Positions 37,849 to 47,119 of a DNA stretch of 47,119 nt are shown one piece after another. This stretch comes from Octopus sinensis. Lineage: Eukaryota. Location of the stretch: the NCBI RefSeq assembly GCF_006345805.1, contig NW_021834564.1, positions 1 through 47,119 on the forward strand. The letters are read 5' to 3'. The notes below the pieces were generated by a model. It did not search any database. It had not been told where the DNA came from and saw only the letters and a program-made list of their open reading frames with translations. The position numbers and the translations under genes are program-made. The number at the start of each line of letters is the position of its first letter. Within the stretch, counting starts at the first letter, position 1.

Positions 37849-38169
37849 CACGAGTTCATATCATATTAACATAAACACAGACCAATATAAATGCAATCAC
37901 AATCCGCAACTTGTTTCGTTTGTTTGTTTAATCCTTTACAAGTCCAAATCATTTTCATAAGTTTGTCCTAAACGTTCTTGCTTGTTTTCAGATTTTTAGT
38001 TAACCTTTGGATCATATGTCGTGATATAAAGTTTTCCTTCCACAAGTACCAAGATACTCTGGTAGATGAAAAAAATATTGGGATGTGTATCATGTATGAT
38101 GCAAGGTCACCCGGGAAATATGATAAAGAGGACAAGCAAAGGGTTATCCTAATGCAAGGCGGTGGGTTT

Positions 38170-38330
38170 GTCAGAACCGTTAACACACCAGATAAAATGT
38201 TTAACGGCATTTCGTCCGTCTTTATGTTCTGAGTTCAAATGCCGCCGAGCTCGAGTTTGCCCTTCATCCTTTCGGCGTTGACAAAAAATGTACCACACTC
38301 CTGCGAAATATCTGGCCTTGTAACAAAAGC
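38170..38330 (+). mobile_element. Family A SINE, internally deleted
   Basis: ggcatttcgtccgtc...gttctgagttcaaatgccgccgag...ggccttgt. Confidence 0.8.
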
Positions 38331-38915
38331 ATCGGGAAAAACATGCTTCGTACCATTTGTTCCAACTTCCTATGTTCTGAGTTCAAGTCAGTTTTGCTTA
38401 TCGTCTTATCGGAGTTAAGTATTCGAGAAGATGCAATCAATTTATTCCTCTCCTAAAGACGGCTGGCATTGTGCCTAAAACACAAATCCATATTTCAATC
38501 AAAATCAGTCGTTTAAAGATGTAATCAACCAAAATTGATAGTTTGTTGAACCTGCCTTCTAAGATGATACTTGTACCTGAAAATTAGCGACCATCTTCCT
38601 ATGGGCAGTGCAAATATTCATACATTCATAAGCGTGCATGAGCAAATATCAGTTCTTTTGTATGCATATGCACACTTAAACTTATGCTCGTGCACATGAA
38701 TTTTTATATGTTCACATTAATATATCATTGACACTCGTTTGCAGTCATACGATCAAACGTTTGCTAAAGAAAGCCCTTGTGCACATACATGAATGCACAA
38801 GCGTCGATATTTGCATACATTTCCATGTGCAGATCTAAATATACTCACCCATTCTACGTACAAATATGTATATGTATTTGAACTGTTTGTATAAGAATAA
38901 CCTTGTCGACGTATC

Positions 38916-38949
<34 letters not shown>

Positions 38950-40326
38950 TGTGTGTATGTTTGTATGTGCGTGCGTGTGTGAAGTATACAATACATGCAC
39001 ACATACATATGCCAATACAAACACGGTGACACGCTTTCGTATACTAGTCGTTGACTTTCATGTTTTCTCTCACATGTCCATGCATAGACACACATTGACA
39101 GACAAGCTTACACACGTATGGACATGCTTACACACATGCGTTCGTAGGGAGCTATATTTTATAAATATATCTTTATAAATATATTTTCATTCATTCATAT
39201 AAACAAATCCATTTACGTACATACGTTCTGACATACACATTCACCAGCAGAATCACATACACACACACACATATACACACACACGCACACATACACACGC
39301 ACACATACACACTCAGACATACACACACACAATAACAAATACACCCACACAAATACATAAAGACGCATACAACTTGTCGTCTGCTTAGCCATTAAAACTG
39401 TTGCTACATGACAAGCAGACGTCAGTCTCACGCTGAAGTGTGACACAAAATACTCGATAGAAAGACAGCGTATATTATTTATTGATCCAGTACAGTACAA
39501 ACGCTTGAGAGAAGTTTCATTTCTCAACTGGAGTAAAACTATATTACATGTTGCATGTATGCAAAAATGTCTTCCGTATGCCTCAGTCTCCCCTCTCTCC
39601 GTCTTTTTTCCTCCTTCCATTTTCCCTTCTCTCCTCCACTTCCTCATACCACCACCCTAATTAACCTCCATCTCCTTCACTACCATTTTTCTTCGTTATT
39701 TCTTTCTCTCCTGAGTCGTCTCTACTTAGCATAATCCCCCTCCTCCTCCTCCTCGTCGTCGTCGTCGTCGTCTCCTTCCTCTTTCTTCTCCTTCTCTACC
39801 TCACCATCATCATCATCATCGTCATCGTCATCATAATCATCGTCGCCACCACCACGAAGCGCCACTAGCACTACAACCATCACTAATAATATCTTCGCTT
39901 CAGTAGTTGCAATCACTTTGGCTGACAATGTCGCCAACGTCGCCATTGTTATCACCTGCCAACATCATTGCTACCTTTGTCAACCAATGTTGCTGCTGCT
40001 GCTGGTGTTACCACTGCTGCTGTCGCTGCTGGTGTTACCACTGCTGCTGTCGCTGCTGTGGTTGATATCACCGTCTGTTGCCATTGTCGTTGTTATTACG
40101 ACAGCTGTTGTACTTGTTTCTCTATATAATTCATGTAGCTTAATGTACTTGTTAATATTACTGTTGTTGTAGCTGTTGTTGTTGTTGTTGTTGTTTCTGA
40201 TATTGTAACTAACTGTTTATAATTATTATAACTTAAGTACTTTTTAATACTACTGTCATTGTTATTATTATTGTCGTCGCTGTTTCGGATCTTTTGCGAA
40301 GGGGAGGTGGGGGGTGACGAGCTTAC

Positions 40327-40351
40327 CTTTTCGAACTGTCCCAATTATTTC
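40327..40351 (-). other. Candidate 25-nt microexon (EIIGTVRK or NNWDSSK frame)
   Basis: Minus strand: long poly-T tract, ...ttttaag|GAAATAATTGGGACAGTTCGAAAAG|GTAAGC. Confidence 0.5.
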
Positions 40352-40606
40352 CTTAAAATATATATAGAAAAATTAAAAAAAAAAAAACAAAAACAGCGGT
40401 GTAGAAATTTTCCAAAATATTCCCAGAACCAGTTCGAACAGTAAATATCAGTTTCTGTTAACATTAGATTTGTTGTTACGCGTACTGCTGTTCCTGCTAC
40501 TCTCATTCTTTATTTCTATTAACGTTGTTGTTGTTGTTGTTCTTTAGTCCCAGGTCAACCCTGATCGAGTAACACCTATGATCAAAGACAGCCATTTCAA
40601 TCCGAT

Positions 40607-41434
40607 CTGGCTGAATCGTTAGCGCGTCGGACAAAACAGCTGCATTTCTTCTGACCCCTTTACGTTCCGAGTTCAAATTCCGCCCTGGTCGACAGTGCCT
40701 CTCATCCTTTTAGAGGGTCAATAAAACAAAGTACTATTCAAGTACTGAGGTCGATATAATCAACTCACCCCTTCCCTCAAAAGTACTGGCCTTTCACCAA
40801 AATTTCTTCTGACCCCTTTACGTTCCGAGTTCAAATTCCGCCCTGGTCGACGGTGCCTCCCATCCTTTTAGAGGGTCAATAAAACAAAGTACTATTCAAG
40901 TACTGAGGTCGATATAATCAACTCATCCCTTCCCTCAAAAGTACTGGCCTTTCACCAAAATTTCTTCTGACCCCTTTACGTTCCGAGTTCAAATTCCGCC
41001 CTGGTCGACGGTGCCTCTCATCCTTTTTAGAGGGTCAATAAAACAAAGTACTATTCAAGTACTGAGGTCGATATAATCGACTCACCCTTTCCCTCAAAAG
41101 TACTGGCCTTTCACCAAAATTTCTTCTGATCCTTTTACGTTCCGAGTTCAAATTCCGCTCTGGTCGACGGTGCCTCTCGTCCTTTTAGAGGGCCAATAAA
41201 ACAAAGTACTATTCAAGTACTGAGGTCGATATAATCAACTCACCCCTTCCCTCAAAAGTACTAGCCTTTCACCAAAATTTCTTCTGACCCCTTTACGTTC
41301 CGAGTTCAAATTCCGCCCTGGTCGACGGTACCTCTCACCCTTTTAGAGGGTCTATAAAACAAAGTACTATTCAAGTACTGAGGTCGATATAATCGACTCA
41401 CCCCTTCCCTCAAAAGTACTGGCCTTTCACCAAA
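40607..41434 (+). repeat. Tandem array of five 158-bp units derived from a family A SINE
   Basis: Units start at 40646, 40804, 40962, 41121 and 41279 and differ by only a few substitutions. The SINE head (ctggctgaatcgttagcgcgtcgg) precedes unit 1 only. Confidence 0.95.
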
Positions 41435-41659
41435 CTCAGAAATAATTTCAACCGTGGGTTAGCCACTCCGTACTCTTATAAAGCACGTTGTCCCGTGTGT
41501 ACTTTCTATTTAAGATAGTAGAATGTGATTTGAGGCAGTTTGGCTGCTATTTCTAGCAAACGAAGAAGTCTTTACTGTTAACATACTGTCGCTGCTCTCC
41601 GTGTTCGCTTCCTGATTGTTGCTGCTGTCCATGTTGTTGTTGCTGATGTTTGTCTGCCG

Positions 41660-41788
41660 TTATTTTTGTACCTGTTTTTTTTTTACGGGTGTCGCTGCCG
41701 TTGTTGTTGCTGCTGTCGCTGCTGGTGGTGTCGCTGCTGGTGGTGTCGCTGCTGTTGTTGACGCTGACACCTCGCTCAGATCTGCCAT
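41660..41788 (-). CDS. Short ORF / candidate first coding exon MADLSEVSASTTAATPPAATPPAATAATTTAATPVKKKQ(VQK*)
   Basis: Strong Kozak context (gccgtaATGG). Possible donor CAG|GTACAA at 41671. The product is not identifiable. Confidence 0.3.
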   Translation of the reverse strand: MADLSEVSASTTAATPPAATPPAATAATTTAATPVKKKQVQK

Positions 41789-41889
41789 TACGGCAACATG
41801 TTAACTGCTTGCTAAGGTAGCTAGATTGCCAACATAGCTTTATTATATTATATAAACCGCCACTCCTCTTCTCTTCTAGCTTTTTCGTT

Positions 41890-42139
41890 ACTTGTTGCAG
41901 CTGACGACGACGACGACAATGATGATGATGATGACGACGACGACGATGATGATGATGATGATGACGACGATGATGATGATGATGATGATGATGATAGTGT
42001 TGGTGGTGGTGATATTGATGATAATTATTACGGTGGTGATGGTGGTAGTGGTGGTGGTCGTCGTCGTGATATTGATGACGATGATGGCATTTATTGATCA
42101 TGATGTTGATAATGATAATGGTGATGGTGGTGTTGGTGA

Positions 42140-42170
<31 letters not shown>

Positions 42171-43585
42171 GGTGGTGATGGTCGTGATATTGATCGCGAT
42201 GATGGCATTTATTGATCATGATGTTGATAATGATAATGTTGATGGTGATGATGATAATGATGATGGTGGTGGTGGTGGTGGCAGTGGTGGTTGGGATTTC
42301 GATGACGATGATGATAACTTATTGATAATGTTAATGTCGCCGTTGTTGTTGTTGTTGTTGTTGTTGTGGTTATTGTTGTTATTGTTGCTAGCAATGATGC
42401 TGATGCTGATGCTGATGATGATGATGATGATGCTGATGATGATGATGATGATGATGATGCTGATGATGATGAGACAGTAATTACGTTAGTTGCTGTTCGT
42501 TGTCGTCGTAGTGGTAGTGGTGGCGATTGTCGTTGATAACGAACGACGTCAACGAACAAGGACAAAACAACGTTGACGACCATCGATAAATAATAATATG
42601 GTGGTGGCGGCGGTGACGATGGGTGGCGGTGGTGGTGGTGGTGGTGGTGGTGATGGTGGTGGTGGTATTTGGAGAAGAGGGGAGGGCGATGGCGGTGGTG
42701 TGATGCTGATTGTGGTGGTGGCGGCGGCTGTGGTGGTGGGTGTTGTTGTGGGTGGTGGTAGTAGTGGTGGTGGTGGTGGTGGTGGTGGTGGTGATGCTGG
42801 TGGTTGTGGTATTATTGATGGCGGCGGTGGAGGCAGTCGATGGTAGTGGTAGTGGTAGTAATCAGTGTTAATGCTGATGATGCTATTAAAGCCAGCGATG
42901 CTCTTGGCGCTGCCGGTGACAATGACGACGATGATGATGATGATGATGATTGTGATGATGATGACGATGTTGACGACGATGATGATGATTACGACGACGA
43001 CGACGATCACGACGACGACGACGATCACGACGACGATGATGATGATGACGATGATGATAACGATGATGATGATGGTAACGATGACGGTGACGATATGATG
43101 ACGACGATGATGATGATGATGATGATGATTGTGATGATGATGACGATGACGATGTTGACGACGATGTTGACGACGACGACGATGATGACGACGACGATGA
43201 TGACGATGATGATGACGATGATAACGATGATGATGACGATGGTAACGATGACGGTGACGATAGATGACGATGATGATTACGAAGGCAATGATGATGGTAA
43301 TGATAATGATGACAGGGATGATAGTAACGATATTAGTTAAAATGTTGACGACAATGAAAGACCATGATGATGATGATGGTGGTGATGATGATGATGGCTG
43401 CTTGGCTGTTCTGTAAGCAACTCCGCCTTCGGTTCTTATTGACGCCATCATCACAATCATCATCATCATCACTACAATCGCAACACAACCACCATTGCCA
43501 CCACCACCGCCCTCCCTTCTTCTCCAAACACCACCACCACCACCATCACCACCACCGTTACCACCGTCACCTACACTGTACAACA
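41890..43585. repeat. About 1.7-kb cryptic trinucleotide low-complexity tract (GAT/GAC/GGT/GTT) with internal duplications
   Basis: Read directly. Duplicated blocks occur at about 42066-42140 / 42185-42255 and about 42925-43092 / 43100-43262. Confidence 0.9.
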
Positions 43586-43599
43586 ATCACCAGCTGAGA

Positions 43600-43850
43600 T
43601 CCCAGTTTTAATACAGTTGAATGATGCGTTATAGAAAACTCCTCAGCGAACAGGTTAATTGGGGGAGGAGAGTGAGGAGAAGGGAAGTAGGAGAGGAGAG
43701 GAGGAGGAGGAGGAAGAGCAGGAGCGAAAGGAGGGGACGAGGCGGAGGTGGAGGTGGAGTAGGGATGGTTCAGGTTGTAGGTTTTTTTTTCTTCTTTTCA
43801 TTGGATGTACTTTTCTTCCTCCTCCCCTTCTTTCAATCTCTCTCCTTTTT

Positions 43851-43881
<31 letters not shown>

Positions 43882-43950
43882 CTCTCTGTCTTTCACTGTC
43901 GTCTTTCTGACTTCCTACTTCAACCTCACTGCATTTGCTTCCTTCTTTCC

Positions 43951-44042
<92 letters not shown>

Positions 44043-44055
44043 GCGCGCGTGCACA
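43600..44055 (-). promoter_or_regulatory. Candidate minus-strand promoter region
   Basis: (CG)11 at 44028-44049 within a long CA tract, a GA repeat, CCAAT at 43804-43800, a pyrimidine tract and Inr-like TCATTC at 43624-43619. Confidence 0.35.
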
Positions 44056-44131
44056 AGCATGCATTTAAACATGCTTCCATTCTCCTGCTCATTCGATCTG
44101 TTTCTCCCTACTTCACTTTGGATATATATAT

Positions 44132-44163
<32 letters not shown>

Positions 44164-44201
44164 CATGTATATATATGCATACATATAAATAAATATACGC
44201 G

Positions 44202-44257
<56 letters not shown>

Positions 44258-44374
44258 AACACTTGTATGGATGTATAAATTTATATAAATAAGGATTAGA
44301 TTGTTATTTAAATACCGATCTTATCAGGTGGCCAGCATGGGAATACAAACCTTCAAAGGTAACAATTATTATAT

Positions 44375-44521
44375 AAATTATAATTTATGGTAGCTAAGAG
44401 ATACCACCACGCTGGAAATAGCAGCCAAAACTTGACTCTAAAACCACATTAAATGTTCAGTGAAGTTTTGGCTGCTATTTCCAGCGTGGTGGTATCTCTT
44501 AGATACCCTAAATTATAATTT
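44375..44521. repeat. Near-perfect 63-bp-arm hairpin (40-bp perfect core, 21-nt loop)
   Basis: 44394-44433 is the exact reverse complement of 44463-44502. There are three mismatches over the full arms. Confidence 0.95.
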
Positions 44522-44655
44522 TAATAATACATGTATAGATAGATAGATAGGTGCATACATACATATACGCATATATACATTTATGTAATTTTAAATTCTT
44601 TTATCCCTTTCAGCCATGAGGCTGTGGTCATGCTGGAGCACCACTGTATATATAT

Positions 44656-44738
<83 letters not shown>

Positions 44739-44800
44739 CACACATATGTGTGTGTGTGCTTGTGTCTCTATACATACACACGCACAAACACACATATATA

Positions 44801-45111
44801 TTCTTTTACTAGTTTCAGTGAGTTGATTGCGGCCATGCTGGAGCACCGCCTTAAAGGATGTTTGTCGAAGAAATCGAACTTAGGACTTATTCTTTGTAAG
44901 TCTAGAACTTATTCTATCGGTTCCTTATGCTGAACCGCTAAGTTACGGGGACATAAACACACCAGCATCCGTTGTCAAGCGATTGCGAGGGGAAAAACAC
45001 AGTCACAAACACACAAGTATGTATGTATATATATATATGACGTTTCCGTCTACCAAATCCAGTTTCTGTCTACTAAATCCACTCACAAGGCTTTTGGTCA
45101 GCCCGAGGCTA
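44801..45111 (-). mobile_element. Family B SINE, 5' truncated
   Basis: gcggccatgctggagcaccgcc...aaatccactcacaaggc...gaggctat. Confidence 0.85.
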
Positions 45112-45262
45112 TGTATGTATGTATATAATGTATGTATATATATATATGTGTGGTATGTGTATATGTGATCCGGCATGGCACATTCCAATGACTATAACAA
45201 GAAAGTTTAATGTTTAAATATAAATTCCATGTGTGTGCATGTATATATATATATATATTATA

Positions 45263-45293
<31 letters not shown>

Positions 45294-45545
45294 TATGTAT
45301 ATCTATATATATACATATATATATATAGTTCTGTATTTTATTAATTCATTTTTCATCTTCCCTCTCTGTCTCTCTCTCTCTCTCTCTCTATTCTTTTTTT
45401 TCTTCCACGCTTCCAGTTCGCCTTCTCCATAATTTCTTTCCTTTCGATCCATTCACCTTTCTTTCTATCCTTTCAGTTTTGCTTATCTCTCCTACTTTCA
45501 CTATCTTTCTACCGTTAGCTAATTTCACTCTCATACACACGTGCG

Positions 45546-45586
<41 letters not shown>

Positions 45587-45762
45587 ACATACATGCATAC
45601 ATACACACTTCTCCCCATTCAAAGGCTTTTCTGAAAGAGAAGGCTCGTTTGAAAACTTAGCGTAGTAGCACAAGGCCAGCGGTTATGAGGAGTGGCTTTA
45701 AGTTGATACGATGAGCGTTAAAACTTGGTAGATCTGGTGTTATATTTTGTCCTCGAAATAAT

Positions 45763-45981
45763 CCTTTCTACTTTTGGTACAAGGCCTGGAATTTGTGGCG
45801 ATGGAGATAGTCAACCACAGCGACACCAGCACTTGACTGGTACTTGATTGAACGATTCCAAAATGATGAAAAGCAAAATCGATCTGGGCGAAATTTGAAC
45901 TCAAAACATAAAAAAAAAGAAAAGCGGACGAAATGCATTTTGCTCGACGCGCTAACGATTCTGCCACTTCACCGCCCTCAA
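45763..45981 (-). mobile_element. Family A SINE with a 13-bp TSD (1 mismatch)
   Basis: TCCTCGAAATAAT at 45750-62 and TCTTCGAAATAAT at 45982-94. Confidence 0.85.
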
Positions 45982-46081
45982 TCTTCGAAATAATGAAAGT
46001 TGTAGCCAGCTTTTACGGGATTTGAACACAGAACCAAACAGAAACGAAGAAGAATACAGCAAAACAGTTTGTCGGACATTT

Positions 46082-46850
46082 AGGTTCGGTCCTACTATGT
46101 GGCACCTTGCACAAGTTCCTTCTACTATAACAGCGGACCGATGAAACACTTTTGAGTGGATATGGTAGGCGGGAATAGAAAGAAGCCCGTCGCGCGTATG
46201 TGTGTGTGTGTGTGTTTGTGCTCCAATACCGCTTGACTACAAGTGTTGTGTTTACGTCCCCATAACTTGGCTGTTCGGCAAGAGAGACGGTTAGAATAAA
46301 TACCAGGCTCGACAAAAACCGTAGACGGGTTGATACATACGACGAAAAATTCTTCACGGCGGTGCTCTAGCATAGCCGCAGTCACGTCAAATGACTGCAA
46401 CTAGTAAAAGATTTAAAATATAAAGGTATATATATATATATATGTATATATAGTGGCTGTGTGGTAAGTAGCTTGCTTACGAACCACATGGTTCTGGGTT
46501 CAGTCCCACTGCCTGACACCTTGGGCAAGTCTCTTCTACTATAGCCTCGGGCCGACCAAAGCTTTGTGAGTGGATTTGGTAAACGGAAACCGAAAGAAGT
46601 CCGTTGTATGTGTGTGCGTGTGTGTGTGTGTGTGTGATTGTGTACCTGTGTTTGTACCCCACAACATCGCTTGACAACCGATGCTGTTGTGTTTACATCC
46701 CTGTAACTTAGCGGATTGGGCAAAAGAGGTGGATAGAATAAGTACTAGGCTTACAAAGAATAAGTCCTGGGTACGATTTGCTCGACTAAAGGCGGTGCTC
46801 CAGCATGGCCGCAGTTAAATGATGAAATAAGTAAAAGAATATATATACAG
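46082..46850 (+). mobile_element. Two tandem family B CORE-type SINEs (old copy 46082-46410, younger copy 46452-46850)
   Basis: CORE motifs caccttgcacaagtt and caccttgggcaagtc, each followed by the family B body and tail. Confidence 0.9.
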
Positions 46851-47119
46851 AGTAAAAGAATATATATATAGAGAGAGTAAAAATTTGAATCCTGAGAAAC
46901 TCGTGTTTATCTTTGCAATTGCCTGTTACCAATGAGCATAATATGCATGCATATGTGTGCCCAGGGTTAATATAGGTAATTACACCGGATAGTAAAATGA
47001 ATATTTTTTATCCCTTAAACGGTGATATATATATATACATATGTGTGTGTGTGTGCGCACTTGTATCTATGTATACATCATTCTCAAAGCCTCTTTGTTG
47101 TTCATGTGTTTTGTTGACC

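Noticed and set aside
39366-39425. Small hairpin (CGTCTGCTT/AAGCAGACG) as a pre-miRNA
   Set aside because: The stem is only about 9-13 bp with a large bulge, too short for a canonical precursor.
40646-41434. Regular array that could be mistaken for CRISPR
   Set aside because: The units are wholly repeated SINE sequence with no unique spacers, there are no cas genes, and the context is eukaryotic.
41672-41788. Histone H1-like N-terminus (TPVKKK)
   Set aside because: No globular winged-helix exon was found downstream. The similarity is limited to a low-complexity Ala/Thr/Pro/Lys stretch.
42549-43586. 345-aa minus-strand ORF and overlapping His-, Met- or Gly-rich ORFs
   Set aside because: They are open because ATC/ACC/GTC/AAC repeats lack stops, and the composition switches at every slippage point.

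Overview
AT-rich, repeat-saturated eukaryotic DNA. It is most likely from an octopus (coleoid cephalopod), inferred from the density of TA/CA/TATG/GATA microsatellites and from tRNA-headed and CORE-type SINE families. No protein-coding gene can be named with confidence. Almost all ORFs in the supplied track are translations of microsatellites or SINEs. The window holds more than 30 SINE copies from about 5 families, several with clear target-site duplications (TSDs). It also holds Penelope-like element (PLE) relics, an RTE LINE relic, a decayed hAT (Charlie/Buster-type) transposase, two MITEs, a Helentron-type HINE and two Helitron 3' ends. The most notable signals are RNA-structural. There are four hammerhead-ribozyme cores: an intact minimal one at 10099-10133, one inside a 600-bp palindromic PLE repeat pair, one with a long stem II, and one decayed. 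There are also several long fold-backs, including a 63-bp hairpin with a 40-bp perfect core at 44375-44521 and a nested inverted SINE block at 30.4-31.9 kb. Splice and promoter signals tentatively suggest a minus-strand gene starting near 43.6 kb, with a short ATG exon at about 41.8 kb and a 25-nt microexon at 40327-40351. If so, most of the window is intron. All alignments, folds and family assignments were made by eye and need computational confirmation.
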